The notes below the pieces were generated by a model, which did not search any database, was not told the origin of the DNA, and was given only the letters and a program-made list of their open reading frames with translations. Shown here piece after piece: positions 46,086-58,600 of a stretch of DNA of 64,000 nt. Both the position numbers and the translations under genes were made by a program. Numbering within the stretch: position 1 is the first letter of the stretch; the number at the start of each line of letters is the position of its first letter. The DNA is from an uncultured virus (IMG/VR IMGVR_UViG_3300042882_000813). Lineage: Duplodnaviria; Heunggongvirae; Uroviricota; Caudoviricetes. The stretch lies in the IMG/VR virus record IMGVR_UViG_3300042882_000813. One strand, written 5' to 3'.

Positions 46086-46680
46086 TTTCTTTCATTTTCA
46101 TATAACCTAAAGCACAAGCGTAGGCGTCGGTCATATCAAAATTTTCTTTCTTTAATGTACTATTTCTAGTGTATTGCCACGTAATCTGTGGTTCTTTTTT
46201 GGCAACTAAGTCCCATATAATATTTTTCTTATCAATAGTTTTTGGTAATCCACCGAAAAGAACAAACTTACCTTTATCGTTCTCTTGAACCAATTCAGGG
46301 AATGCAAATTTTCTTGAATTATATGTTGAAATAAATTGTGGTATAACTCCAAGGATATCATACACTTCTTTGCAAACTAATGTATTGAACCTCATTAAAG
46401 TACCCACAGTGTATACGTTATTTGAGTTTAACAATGGTTCTTCAATAACCACATATTTAATTCCCATACCCGCATATTCCTCTAACTTTTGTCTAAAGAT
46501 ATTACTCTTAAGAATTAACTCCTCAATCTTATCCTCAACTTTTGGTTTTGGAACTGGTGATATGTGGGTTAATTCCAATAATTCTTTACTTTGAATATCA
46601 AATAACGACCAACCAATTGTTTTGGTTGATACGTCAAGCCCCAATACTTTCGGGGAATCCTTCCTCATGTTTTTTGCCAT
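46078..46680 (-). CDS. RuvC-like Holliday junction resolvase
   Basis: VLGLDVSTKTIGW, VIEEP, DMTDA. Confidence 0.85.
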   Translation of the reverse strand: MAKNMRKDSPKVLGLDVSTKTIGWSLFDIQSKELLELTHISPVPKPKVEDKIEELILKSNIFRQKLEEYAGMGIKYVVIEEPLLNSNNVYTVGTLMRFNTLVCKEVYDILGVIPQFISTYNSRKFAFPELVQENDKGKFVLFGGLPKTIDKKNIIWDLVAKKEPQITWQYTRNSTLKKENFDMTDAYACALGYMKMKEIW

Positions 46681-46682
46681 AT

Positions 46683-48950
46683 TTAGAAATCTAATTTAAC
46701 CACAAACTGTTGAATACCTTGTCGTAATTCAGGTGATTGTAGTTTAGATATAACCATAAGGTCTTTTTGGGCATTGTAAAGACCAATCTCCGTTACATAC
46801 GAAGTTGTTCCTGACATCCATGTTGGATTTGAGGTATTTGTAAATTGATTTCTACCAAGATTCACAAGATATTTCATCTCATAAATTGTTGCTGATATAT
46901 CGGTTTCTAAATTACCATAGAAATAATATTCATCACCAAAATTCAAATAATCTGTTTGGCCATTTTCAGGAAGGTCAATATAATCAGCTAAATTATAAAT
47001 TGGTGCATTATCATAAATTACTTCGTCAATTTGGAATGTAGTTCCCGTAATACCACTCATTGTAATATAACCATTAATTGAACTACCGCTAATTTCAGAA
47101 GTAACATCAATTTCTTTCCAAGCAGTAGGTATTGGTTTTTCATTTTGATTTGTAACCTGAACCAATAATTTCATTGAGTTAGCGGAATAACCACTTAAAT
47201 CGGCACTTGTATATGTATTAAGAGGTTGATTTAAAAATTTAAACTCAGAACCAAATTGAACTGCAAGATTTTTAGGGTTTGTTATTACATCTGCGTTACC
47301 ATCAATTCTTGAATAATAATTACAATGTAATGAATCTGTAAATCCTGTTGAATCAAATCTATATGTTACCCAAACACTTTGAAGTTCACTTGTAACTAAA
47401 CATTGAGCAGATGTTGGTGTTGGAGAACAACTATTTGGAGTTAATAATGATAATTTAGGTGCCGGTAATGTCCAGTTTCTATTTGACTTATACGACATTG
47501 CAGCAATAACTTCTTCATCATCAATAACAACAATTTCTTGGTCAGGAAACACTTTACCAATTCTGTTTAAGTTCCCATTATCATCCGGATTAGTATCCCA
47601 TAAATGGAAATATCTAATACCAGGGTCATTCATATCAACATTTTTTGTTGACTTAACATAATATGGTGTACATACATCATAATCACCAGGTGGGTCAATC
47701 CAAAATGTTTGACCAACTGTATCACCTGAAGATTTGTGCCACATTAAGGTTGGAATTGTCAATCTAAAATGTCTCGCCAAACCTGTATTATCAGTAGGAT
47801 TTTGAGGGTCATATGGTGTTGTTGCAAATTTTTCACCATAAACATTATCAATATCTTGATTTGTATAATGAATAATTGCAATCGCTTTTTGGTCTTGAGG
47901 TGTGACCATAACTTTCTCATCGTATGAATTATAATAGAATGTGTCAGTAATTTCAGCAGGTTTAGTTGAACTTACATAGAAAGTCTGCCCACTTGGTTCA
48001 TTATACCCTAAGTATTCTTTAGTCCCAATGTAACTAGCAGAACCATATTTAGTAAAATCTTCATATTGATTACTATTTAGTCCAGCAGGGCTTTCAGTCC
48101 ATGGAATATTCATATTCCAAATTGGAGTATTTTCTCTTTGAGAGACATCACACGGAGTTTCAAAGTTAAACGCATCTGTCTCCCAATAAGGTGCCGGTGT
48201 TATGGTATCATAAATAACAGTCATCCCTGAAGGATAAATTAAAACACGACCCTTCTCAGCTCCTAAAACTTTACCTGTATAATCAGGTACTGACCTATCT
48301 AATGTTAATGTCCAAGTTGTAGTACCTGTTGTTCCTATTGTTGGGCTTAAATCTTGAATCTTATATGTTAAAACAGAATAAGTTCCAACATCAGTACAAC
48401 TACCATTACCATCATAAATAATTGTAACAAAATCTCCAATAGACGGAGTACCTGTAGTTGGTGAACAGATTACATTATCTAACGTAATATCAATAACTGA
48501 TTGACCAACTAATGTTGTCATATCAACTTGATAGTTAGATGTGACAGTATAGGCAGAACTTGTTTGAACTTCCCAATTTCCGGGAGTTCCTCCTGTCATA
48601 AAAAACCCTTTCACACCTGCAGAATTATAAATTGGTTGTACAATACTATCCATATATGGAATACCATAAGTACCACCAGCATTCCCTTGAACATAATAAG
48701 GATATTTAATATTCTGTTTGTTTGTTTGAGGAGAAGCCGTATCATTTTGAGCATTAAATGCTGGCATCAAAATGTTATTATTTGTTTGGTTATACGCAGG
48801 TGAAGCGGTTTTTAGTGCGGTATAATTTACCTCACTATCACCAATTTGAAAGTAAGCAATATCAAAATTACCCTGTGATAGGTATCTTCTACCAACATCA
48901 GTTAATCTTGTGTTAATCAGTCCCGCAGTATTTTTAATTATGTATGACAT
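46683..48950 (-). CDS. putative virion structural (baseplate/tail) protein
   Basis: N-terminal LTDVGR...FQIGDSE and C-terminal YVTEIGLYN...VISKL..P; TATTTATA upstream. Confidence 0.6.
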   Translation of the reverse strand: MSYIIKNTAGLINTRLTDVGRRYLSQGNFDIAYFQIGDSEVNYTALKTASPAYNQTNNNILMPAFNAQNDTASPQTNKQNIKYPYYVQGNAGGTYGIPYMDSIVQPIYNSAGVKGFFMTGGTPGNWEVQTSSAYTVTSNYQVDMTTLVGQSVIDITLDNVICSPTTGTPSIGDFVTIIYDGNGSCTDVGTYSVLTYKIQDLSPTIGTTGTTTWTLTLDRSVPDYTGKVLGAEKGRVLIYPSGMTVIYDTITPAPYWETDAFNFETPCDVSQRENTPIWNMNIPWTESPAGLNSNQYEDFTKYGSASYIGTKEYLGYNEPSGQTFYVSSTKPAEITDTFYYNSYDEKVMVTPQDQKAIAIIHYTNQDIDNVYGEKFATTPYDPQNPTDNTGLARHFRLTIPTLMWHKSSGDTVGQTFWIDPPGDYDVCTPYYVKSTKNVDMNDPGIRYFHLWDTNPDDNGNLNRIGKVFPDQEIVVIDDEEVIAAMSYKSNRNWTLPAPKLSLLTPNSCSPTPTSAQCLVTSELQSVWVTYRFDSTGFTDSLHCNYYSRIDGNADVITNPKNLAVQFGSEFKFLNQPLNTYTSADLSGYSANSMKLLVQVTNQNEKPIPTAWKEIDVTSEISGSSINGYITMSGITGTTFQIDEVIYDNAPIYNLADYIDLPENGQTDYLNFGDEYYFYGNLETDISATIYEMKYLVNLGRNQFTNTSNPTWMSGTTSYVTEIGLYNAQKDLMVISKLQSPELRQGIQQFVVKLDF

Positions 48951-48986
48951 TATCTATAAATAGTTTTTATTTTTTTTTTATTAAAT

Positions 48987-51900
48987 TTAACAATCAATAC
49001 AATTACAAACCAATAATTGACCTGTCGGACTTAAAGTCGCAAAACGTAGAGCATTGTTGTTTCCATTATATCCTGTGAATACACCACCCACCGCAATATT
49101 ACCGTCTGATTTAACGTAGATATCAAACACCGCACTACTAAAACTATTATTAATAATAAATGTTGTGTCTAACGAACCGTCAGTATTTAATCGAGCTATG
49201 TATTTTTGCGATAGTCCTTTGTATGTTGTAAAACCTCCTCCTACAAGAATTTTACCATCTGATTGAACAAAAATTGACTCAACAGAATTATCAAAACCTG
49301 AACCTATATTAAAACTAGAATCTAATGAACCGTCAGTGTTTAATCGAGTTATAAATCTTTGACTAACACCAAAATATGTCGTAAATAAACCACCTACGAG
49401 AATTTTACCATCAGGTTGAATTGCAATTGATTTAACTTGTCCATTAAGACCTGTGGAAGATAAATTTGAACCCACATTAAATGTTGTGTCTTTAGAACCA
49501 TCAGTATTTAATCTAATTAAATATCTTTGAGTTAGACTCTTGTACGTCGTATAACCGCCACCAACTAAAATTTTACCATCAGATTGTATTTTAATAACAT
49601 TAACAGCATCTCCAAATCCACTTCCAATTACAAATGATGGGTCTTTACTACCATTAGTAGAATTTAATCTAACAATTCTATTTTGTTGATTTGGATTTAT
49701 AGAATTACTTTCAAAATCAGTAAAATCCCCACCAACAAGTATTTGTCCATCATTTTGAATTGCAATTGTATTAACAAAACCATTAAATTGTGTTATACCC
49801 GGACCAAAATTAAACGAAGTATCACGAGCACCATCCGTATTTAATCGTACTAAATACTTCTGTGCAAAACCGTTATACGAAACAAAACTACCTCCAGCAA
49901 TAATTTTACCATTCGATTGAATTGCCACATCATTTACTAAACCACTGGTAAAACCTGGAGACGGAGTAAAAGCCGCGTCCAAAGAACCATTTGTATTTAA
50001 TCGAGCTAAGTCAGCAACCGCTTGGTTTACATTATACGAGGTAAAAGCCCCACCTGCTAATATTTTTCCATCACTTTGTTGATTGATAACGAGAACCCCT
50101 CCATTAAATCCAGGGTCAACACAAGTTGGTGGTGTTGTACAAACAACAGAGATAGATTTAGATAATATGGTACCGGTAGAATCTTTAACCGCAACCCAAT
50201 ATAGATTATTCGAATTCACCTCATATGAAATAGTACTATTATTAACCCATGATGTATTTGCCAAGGCAGCTGCTTGACTCGTAAAAGTTGTTGAACCTAC
50301 TTGATATGGTGTATTACCTCCAACTATATTAGTTATTGAAACATTAGCGGTAGTTGGATTACTATTACAAGTATAATTAACATCAAAGTTTAATGGTGTC
50401 ACCATCACTACAGGGACATATGTAAACTCATTTGTTTGAATTTGTGTTGAACTACCAACAACAGAACTGCAATTACTACCGTTAATCGTTGGTGTTAGTA
50501 TTGCCGCAGATATTTCTGTTTTAATATTTGTTGTACAATTTGTTTGAGAAGATACTTGCCCATTTGTAATTGTATTGACAGTATTTGACATTATACTAAT
50601 AACATCTCCATTAGTAATTGTTATTGAATTAGTATAATCTGTCGTATTAATTAACTGAGTATCATTAACTGAACAAAATGGTCGAGTACCTTGAGATACA
50701 ATAGTCGTTGGCCCTACAACTGTATTAACAGGTTGTCCGTTTTTAGTAACCGACCAAGTAACCGATGAATTAGCAACACCAGGACTATTAATAGTTCTTA
50801 ACGCTGTCGATGTTAGATTAAACGTTATACTCACTCCAACCGGCAAAGGTGGATTAACCGATAAAATTACAACTCGATTTATCGTTTTAGAAACATTATC
50901 AATTGTACTTGTCGTAAAACCTCCAGCAGATAATGTTAATTGATATGTTACCGGCAGTGAATCATAATCAATTGATACACCTGATGAATAAACGTTATTA
51001 AACGAATCTACAACGTTAACCAAATAATCATTTGCACATAAATTATTGTATACGTAATTTTCAGAATAAGTCAAACCACCATCAATACTATACAAATAAG
51101 GTGGATACCCATCTTCCGCTAATATTGTTAAACTACCATTACAGTTTGTAAGGTCCTGACAAGAAGTATTTGTAATATCAACGCTAACCTGTAATGGTAT
51201 AACAAATGGACATTCTCCTCTTGTCATTGTTATTGAATAGTCGATATCACCACCAAATACTTGCCAAGCAGAATCAGGAATTAAATCAAATGTAGTACTA
51301 GCAACAATACCACCACCTAAAGTATATGGTACTAGTGGTGTTATGTACTTTTGATAAATTTCCCATCGGTTATTAATTGGATTCCAAATAATATCAAGTC
51401 TTGCATCGCTGGTCCATCTAAATCTACCGTTTTGAGTACCATCACAAACAAATTGTATTGGACCTTCATTTTGAATTCCAAACGGAGCAATTCCAATAAA
51501 ACATAAATCAACACATTGAACAGGTTTTGTTTGAGTCGGTGTTGGTGTCATTGTTGGTGTTGATGTAGGTACTGGACCTGCTAATACACAAATTGTTGTG
51601 GCAGTATAGTCAGACACCCCATTAGGTCCACCGTCAGGCCAAGCATAATCTGTTACAACCACTTCATAACTTCCAGCAGGTATTCCAAATAAAGTTTGGT
51701 TATGACCTCCATTACCGTTCCAAGTAAAAGTATATGGTGCAGTACCACCTGTTACATTTACGGATAAAATACCACCTTCCGGATTACTTTCCGTTGGTGA
51801 TTGAATTACGTTACAACTAACACCCAAATCAAATAATGTAATAACATCACAATCGTTTTGTAATCTAGTTACCGGGCGATTTGATGGGGTAACGGATGGT

Positions 51901-53519
51901 GTAACTGACTGTGTAGGTGTTATAGTATTTGTTGGAGTTATTGTTGGAGTTGCAGTATTGGTTGGAGTTATTGTTGGAGTTGGAGTTGGCGTTGGAGACA
52001 AACATAAAGTTGTTACCGGTACATTTAATTTACCCACACCACTTCTTGGTAAGTTATAATTAAAACTTACTTGTAATCCATCACCGGTATTGTTAAAACC
52101 TGAAATAAAATTACCACAACAATCAGTGTAATAATACTCACTATTTGTTTTAATTAATCCAAACCCACAACTAATTGGAGTAGTTGAAGGTGTTTGTGTT
52201 GGTGTCAAAGTATTAGTCGGTGTTTGTGTCTGTGTTTGGGTATTTGTTGGTGTTTGTGTCTGTGTTTGGGTATTTGTTGGTGTTTGGGTATTTGTTAGTG
52301 TTGGGGTATTTGTTGGTGTTGGAGTAGGCGTTGAGGTAGGTCCCATAATTGTGATATCCGCACATATTGGTGGTTGTGAGGCACCCCCGATAGTATTCGA
52401 AACGGTTTTAGTATATGTTAAATTATATGGAGGAGTTAATCCAAAATTATACAACTGACCACCACCATTACAAACATATAAGTCACCTGAATTCATAAAC
52501 ATACCATAAGGGGCAGGTATTGTTGGAGAAACGATGACATCAACTTCAACAACACCTGTACTATAATCGTGTTGGGTGATGTATGTAGTATCAGTATTAT
52601 CAACATATGAACAAATTAACTTATGTGGTGCAGAGTATGTATAAACCATATCACCAGAAATATCCCTTCCTGAAGGCATCGGGAATTGGGTTGTTACTGT
52701 CGCAGAAGGTCCTGAGATATCAATTTGAACAATATTAGTCAAATATGAACTTATTAATGTAGTATCATCTATCACTGCTAAACCAGGACCTAAGGGATGG
52801 GGTAAGGTAATATTTCTATTAAATGTCGCGAAAAATGGACATAGGGTTATGTCATACTCCATTATCATAGAACTATCATATACCCATAATTTAGTGATGG
52901 TATGTGCAATATCAGAACCACCAATAGGTGCAATATCAAAATACGGATTTAAATTCGTAGAAATATTCGAAGTATAATCATATCCGTAAATTACATCAAA
53001 ATCATTAAACAAAATACTACAAGTATCTAAACACGGTATATCACAATTAACACCATCACTGCATGTGTCACCAATAGTAAATTTCATAAACTTTGGAGCA
53101 CTTGTTGAAGGATTACTACCGCAAATATTGAATACAGATGGGTTCGGTGGTGATGTGGTAGATATTATAAGACCTGAACAATCAGTGTATTGATAAGGAG
53201 TAGACCCTCCAAAGTCCACAACTGTTATACATTGGCATAGAGGTGGTGTCGGTGTACAAATTCCATCTTGAGTATCAAAACTATTAGTTGCAACTAAACC
53301 TAAATCCGCTCTATAATAAATAAAGGTAATTTTGACCTGGTCATTAGCACAAAATGCGTTATTATATGTACCAGCAGCATTATAACTAATGGTTAATGAA
53401 TTACCATAACAATCAGTATATCCGACAAATACCCTACCATTTAAAAAAGTATCCATATTACCTGTTGCAGCAGCAATATCAATAGGACTTATCGTTATGT
53501 CATAATTTTTACACGCCAT
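48987..53519 (-). CDS. large modular virion protein: Cys-rich N-domain, propeller, TP linkers, SprB-like repeats, delta-60 (DUF5122) repeats
   Basis: GGTAPYTFTW and GYPPYLYSID; about seven Q.DGKILVGG.F...RLNTDGSLD repeats. Confidence 0.8.
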   Translation of the reverse strand: MACKNYDITISPIDIAAATGNMDTFLNGRVFVGYTDCYGNSLTISYNAAGTYNNAFCANDQVKITFIYYRADLGLVATNSFDTQDGICTPTPPLCQCITVVDFGGSTPYQYTDCSGLIISTTSPPNPSVFNICGSNPSTSAPKFMKFTIGDTCSDGVNCDIPCLDTCSILFNDFDVIYGYDYTSNISTNLNPYFDIAPIGGSDIAHTITKLWVYDSSMIMEYDITLCPFFATFNRNITLPHPLGPGLAVIDDTTLISSYLTNIVQIDISGPSATVTTQFPMPSGRDISGDMVYTYSAPHKLICSYVDNTDTTYITQHDYSTGVVEVDVIVSPTIPAPYGMFMNSGDLYVCNGGGQLYNFGLTPPYNLTYTKTVSNTIGGASQPPICADITIMGPTSTPTPTPTNTPTLTNTQTPTNTQTQTQTPTNTQTQTQTPTNTLTPTQTPSTTPISCGFGLIKTNSEYYYTDCCGNFISGFNNTGDGLQVSFNYNLPRSGVGKLNVPVTTLCLSPTPTPTPTITPTNTATPTITPTNTITPTQSVTPSVTPSNRPVTRLQNDCDVITLFDLGVSCNVIQSPTESNPEGGILSVNVTGGTAPYTFTWNGNGGHNQTLFGIPAGSYEVVVTDYAWPDGGPNGVSDYTATTICVLAGPVPTSTPTMTPTPTQTKPVQCVDLCFIGIAPFGIQNEGPIQFVCDGTQNGRFRWTSDARLDIIWNPINNRWEIYQKYITPLVPYTLGGGIVASTTFDLIPDSAWQVFGGDIDYSITMTRGECPFVIPLQVSVDITNTSCQDLTNCNGSLTILAEDGYPPYLYSIDGGLTYSENYVYNNLCANDYLVNVVDSFNNVYSSGVSIDYDSLPVTYQLTLSAGGFTTSTIDNVSKTINRVVILSVNPPLPVGVSITFNLTSTALRTINSPGVANSSVTWSVTKNGQPVNTVVGPTTIVSQGTRPFCSVNDTQLINTTDYTNSITITNGDVISIMSNTVNTITNGQVSSQTNCTTNIKTEISAAILTPTINGSNCSSVVGSSTQIQTNEFTYVPVVMVTPLNFDVNYTCNSNPTTANVSITNIVGGNTPYQVGSTTFTSQAAALANTSWVNNSTISYEVNSNNLYWVAVKDSTGTILSKSISVVCTTPPTCVDPGFNGGVLVINQQSDGKILAGGAFTSYNVNQAVADLARLNTNGSLDAAFTPSPGFTSGLVNDVAIQSNGKIIAGGSFVSYNGFAQKYLVRLNTDGARDTSFNFGPGITQFNGFVNTIAIQNDGQILVGGDFTDFESNSINPNQQNRIVRLNSTNGSKDPSFVIGSGFGDAVNVIKIQSDGKILVGGGYTTYKSLTQRYLIRLNTDGSKDTTFNVGSNLSSTGLNGQVKSIAIQPDGKILVGGLFTTYFGVSQRFITRLNTDGSLDSSFNIGSGFDNSVESIFVQSDGKILVGGGFTTYKGLSQKYIARLNTDGSLDTTFIINNSFSSAVFDIYVKSDGNIAVGGVFTGYNGNNNALRFATLSPTGQLLVCNCIDC

Positions 53520-53559
53520 TATTCTTTATTCTATAATTATATTTTTATTTGTTTTTAGT

Positions 53560-55434
53560 TTACACAATCGTAACAGTATCTGAACCCCAATTCGCAACAT
53601 ATATTTTTCCACTATTTGAATACAATAATTGAAATGGAGCTGATTGTGTTGACCCAAAAATAGTACTAACCCCTAATTGCGTTGTTTGATATATTTTTTG
53701 ATTACTTGTATTAGTTGTATAGATATTACCCTGAGGGTCCAATACTATTCCTTCCCCTTTATTTGTTGTAGTACCTAAATAACTAACAACTCCTAATGGT
53801 GTAATTTTTACAACTCCCACATCATTACGATTAACATAAAGATTATTGGAAGAGTCTATTGCAATATCTGCAGCAGCCCCTATAAATGTTGCAAAAACAG
53901 AAGGAGTACCTCCGGTTGTAATTTTAACAACTAATGGATTTAGAGGGTTATCATTTACTGCAAATAAATTACCAAAACTATCCACAACCATAGTTCTTAA
54001 ATCAACAACTCCCCCAACAACACCACTAACATTCGCAAATGTTGTTAAAACCCCTAAATTATCAATTTTAACAACATATTCATTATAACAAGTATAAAAA
54101 TTTCCTATACCATCCAATATTAACGCTCGAATATTAGTTTGGCTAGGAGGAAAAGTTCCAACAATAGTTGTTGTCCCGTTAGGTTCAACTTTATAAAGAT
54201 TTCCTGACCCACCGGTATCAGGAACATAAAGATTATCAGAAGAATCCATTGCCAAAACGCGTGAAGTTATACCCGCTTTAAATATCGATGAAACCCCTGA
54301 TGGTGTTATTTTACTAATATTATCACTATTAATATTTCCAACATACACATTACCCAAAGAGTCCTCAGTTAACGAATATGGTGATTGTCCCACCCCAACA
54401 GTTATAGGTAACGCTCTGGTTGGTGTTGGGGTTGGAGTATTAGTGGGTGTCCCTGTATTTGTTGGCGTGTTGGTTGGTGTATTAGTTGGTGTCCCTGTAT
54501 TTGTTGGTGTTTGTGTTGGAGTTTCAGTATTTGTTGGCGTTTGTGTGTTAGTTGGAGTTTGTGTAGGTGTTTCTGTTTGTGTAGGTGTTTGTGTTGGTGT
54601 ATTACTTGAAGTTGCGCTAGGAGTTAATCCTATAGTAACTGAAGGTGTTGGAGTATTAGTCGGAGTTTGAGTGTTAGTTGGTGTTTGTGTAGATGTTTGA
54701 GTATTAGTTGGTGTTTGAGTAGTTGTTGGCGTTTGAGTATTTGTAGGAGTTACAGTTGAAGTAATAGTTGGAGTTGGAGTAACTGAATTTTGACAAATTC
54801 CAAAACTAAGAATTTGCCCATTAACATCAACTTGAACCCAATAATAATATAAACCAAAACTCATTTTATAGAATTTACCACCACCAATTAGAGGATTGTA
54901 TAAAACCCCATTCGCAAATGTTTGATAAACTGTTGCGCCTATCACAGGAATTGTATTAGCCTCACTAAGATAAGTGTAGTAAGGTAATATTGTCATAGTA
55001 TCATTACAAACATTATCTGAAGTTGTAAATGTGTTTTGACCAACATAATGAATTGCAACTACCGGTGTTTGAGTTGGAGTTGACGTATTTGTTGGTGTCA
55101 TTGTTGGTGTACCTGTTTGCGTTGGTGTAGTGGTTGGTGTACCTGTTTGTGTTGGTGTTTGAGTTAAAGTTTGTGTTGGTGTTTGAGTAACTGTTGGCGT
55201 CACATTACTAGTTGGTGTTGGAGTAATAAGTACCGTATCACCAACATTACATCCCTGCGTATCAATAATTTTAACCACAAAATTCGTCTCATCATATGGT
55301 GATGGAACATCAAATTCAAATGGAAATACCGATACTGTAGAAACAAATACGCAATTCGCACTAAACGAATCACAATAGTATATGTCGACCGGTGTATTAG
55401 CAGTTACTGATGTTATTGTTACTAATTGACTCAT
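53560..55434 (-). CDS. TP-rich virion protein with a C-terminal NHL-like beta-propeller
   Basis: Repeated D..GN(L/I)YV motifs. Confidence 0.75.
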   Translation of the reverse strand: MSQLVTITSVTANTPVDIYYCDSFSANCVFVSTVSVFPFEFDVPSPYDETNFVVKIIDTQGCNVGDTVLITPTPTSNVTPTVTQTPTQTLTQTPTQTGTPTTTPTQTGTPTMTPTNTSTPTQTPVVAIHYVGQNTFTTSDNVCNDTMTILPYYTYLSEANTIPVIGATVYQTFANGVLYNPLIGGGKFYKMSFGLYYYWVQVDVNGQILSFGICQNSVTPTPTITSTVTPTNTQTPTTTQTPTNTQTSTQTPTNTQTPTNTPTPSVTIGLTPSATSSNTPTQTPTQTETPTQTPTNTQTPTNTETPTQTPTNTGTPTNTPTNTPTNTGTPTNTPTPTPTRALPITVGVGQSPYSLTEDSLGNVYVGNINSDNISKITPSGVSSIFKAGITSRVLAMDSSDNLYVPDTGGSGNLYKVEPNGTTTIVGTFPPSQTNIRALILDGIGNFYTCYNEYVVKIDNLGVLTTFANVSGVVGGVVDLRTMVVDSFGNLFAVNDNPLNPLVVKITTGGTPSVFATFIGAAADIAIDSSNNLYVNRNDVGVVKITPLGVVSYLGTTTNKGEGIVLDPQGNIYTTNTSNQKIYQTTQLGVSTIFGSTQSAPFQLLYSNSGKIYVANWGSDTVTIV

Positions 55435-55649
55435 ATTACGTTTTCTATTCCACTTATTGTACAGTTATTCGCATCAACCACCTTTAATAGATAGGACGAT
55501 GATGTATCGTATGGTGCTGGTATATCAAACACATACGGTGTTGTTGTTATTGTCGATACGTAGAAACATCCACTACCATTACTTTGACATATGTAAACGT
55601 CATAAGGTGATTGTCCTGTTATACTACTAATTGTTACTTGTACTGCCAT
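55431..55649 (-). CDS. small protein paralogous to the N-domain of 53560..55434
   Basis: VTISSITGQSPYDVYIC...FDIPAPYD...KVVDANNC versus [17 protein letters not shown]...FDVPSPYD...KIIDTQGC. Confidence 0.8.
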   Translation of the reverse strand: MAVQVTISSITGQSPYDVYICQSNGSGCFYVSTITTTPYVFDIPAPYDTSSSYLLKVVDANNCTISGIENVI

Positions 55650-55663
55650 TTTTTATTTAGTTA

Positions 55664-58600
55664 TTATAAAGGGGGAGGACAAGTTAGGTTAGTAATTCTC
55701 CACCCAGTACCTCCATTAACACCGATGGCAACTATTCTAATTGTCCCAGGTTCAGCCAATGTCTTATTAAACGTTAATTTAACATCCCCATCAGAGCTTT
55801 TAGCGCTAGGAGATGGAATATTAGCAACAACACCTATTTGGTTTCCAACACTTCCACTTGCTCTTGTTGAGGTATTTGGTGCAATATCCGCATTTGTATA
55901 TGATACTGAAATAGTACCATTAGTACTCCAAGCAAAATTTGGGATACCATTAAATACTGCATTTCCTCCGGTACCAACATATATGTATTTAGTTAATGTA
56001 CTAGCATTAAGTATCTCATTAACATAAGTTGTTCTTGTAGGACTATTTGTGTTAAGGTCATCTCCCACAAATAATGAATCCGCAACTAATGTATTGTTCC
56101 AATATATTTGAAATCTATCAGGAACAGACAGAGCGTTAAATGTTATTGTTACATTTCCTGTATTAGAACCAATATTATTTATTATTTCATAATACCCCGC
56201 CTCCCCGGTAGTAGTTAATGACCCATTACAAGGTATTGCCGGTGGAGTTGAACAAGCTGCACAATTACTAAATGTTGTTGTGATATTACTAAATTTATCC
56301 CCTTGGAATGTACTCCAAATTACATTCGATGGATATGCATAGTTAGTCTCATATCTTCCAAGATATTCCCAACAAACATTAGATGAATCTTTAATTACTT
56401 GACCAACTACTAATAAACCATGAGGTAATGATTGACCAACCATTGATTTTACCGTTTGAGGAGAAACAGGTTGACAAGATTGGAATACATAATAATAATT
56501 TGGTGTTGGTGTTGGCGTTTTTGTTAATGTTGGTGTTGGTGTTTGTGTTCGGGTATTTGTAGGTGTTTGAGTTAGAGTTCCAGCCGGTGTTGATGCTGGG
56601 GTTCCACCCGGTGTTCTTGTTGGGGTTTGTGTTAATGTCTGAGTCGGAGTATTTGTTGGAGTCCTTGTTAATGTTTGTGTCGGAGTTTGTGTTTGTGTTG
56701 TAGTTAAAGTTGGTGTAACCGTTGGTGTCGGAGTTTGTGTCGTTAATACCGAACAAGAACCACAGTTACCATAAACATTGTAAATAGCCGCGATAGTTGA
56801 GTCAGATGAGAAATTAAAGTCATCTCTGACATATGTAACACATTCTTGAACATTATTCCCATTAGGATAACTCATTAACGCCAAGAATGTAGTACCGGTA
56901 GTTATTGGAATACCTAAATAAGTTAAACTATCATTAGTATAAATTTCCGTATTCGTTCCACATAATTTCAATACCTTAACCGATACACAACTAAACACTT
57001 CATTTAACATATTAAATGTCACTTGACCTCCAACAGGAATATCAGGAGTTGGCATTTGTGTTGGTGTAGAAGTAACGGTTGGTCCAACAGGTGTATAACC
57101 ACTTAAACTAAATAAAATTGCAGTATTCTCACATAAATCAACCGGTGTTGGTGGTGTAGGAGTCACAGTATTATTTGTGAAATCAAAATCTACATCCCCA
57201 CAAGGTATAATCGGTATTGGCGTTGGTGTTGGTTCCCAATCACAATCAAAATAGGCGTTAAAATCAAAGGTGGTACAATCAACAGGTAATGGTGTTGGTG
57301 AAGGACACACACCAATAGTAAAATCGTTTGCCGAAATATCCGGACATACTGATTTACAAGGTGTTGCCCCTTGTAGTACACAACTACCACCTAAACTATT
57401 ACTTAAACACCAATATGAACCAGTGTAATAAATAAATGAAGTTGTGGTAGAATTACCTGAATAATATTGTAAAGTATTATAATTACCGGCAACCGTATAA
57501 TTACCCGTGTATCCTGTTAATGAAGACAATGTTGTACTGAAACAATATACACTATTAGTACAAGGTAATGGAGTTGTTGAAGGTGTTGGAGTAAAAGTAG
57601 GTGTTGGGAGTGGTGTTGCAGTCGGTGTTTGGCTTGGAATACAATAAAGACAATCCGAAAAATCAGGTTCCCCTAAATCAGGTCCACCCTCTCCCGAAAA
57701 TTCAATAAATGAATAACAAGCCCCTTCATAATAGTAAGTTGCACCAACAAACGCTGTGTCTTGTTGGACATTAGCATATAAAATATTACCATTACCACAA
57801 TTAGTAAGGATTGCGGGAATACTACCAACATTAGGACATAAAATATCCCCACATCCCGAAGAAACTTGGGTCATTACACTACCATTACCATTGTATATTG
57901 GACCTGAACCATCATAAGTAATAACGGTTGCACATCCATTAAAAGATTCATCACTAATTAAATAAGTTTCCCCTACAATTAAAGTTGATGGTAAATTAAT
58001 AAATCTAAAAGTGTTTAATGAATTTGTACAACTTTGAAATTGAACAATATATCCACCAGTTACACTTGGTGTCGGTGTTTGAGTTGTTGTTGGTGTTGAG
58101 GTATTTGTTGGAGTTTGAGTATTTGTTGGCGTTTGCGTTGGAGTTTCGGTATTTGTTGGCGTTTGTGTTTGAGTTGGAGTAGAAGTTTGAGTGTTTGTTG
58201 GTGTTTGAGTTGGAGTTTCTGTATTTGTAGGCGTTTGTGTTTGAGTATTAGTTGGTGTTTGTGTTTGAGTAGTAGTTGGTGTCGGCGTTGGCGTTGGACA
58301 AATAGAATATGAACTTATTACACCACTACCACCATTAACTGTATAACAACCTAAATTACTTGGCCCCGCAGTTGAAACTAATGAATAATAACCGTCTACA
58401 ACAGTTGTAACACAACTATCCGAATATAAGACCACTCCCGGTACAATTGGCTCGAAATTTGAATATAAATCAACTTGTAAAGTTGTTGAACAGGCCGTAC
58501 CACAATCAATAGCACTGTATAGAGCTTTACCAATATAATAACAACCAGGTGTTTGAGTTGGAGTAGAAGTTTGAGTATTTGTTGGCGTTTGTGTTGGAGT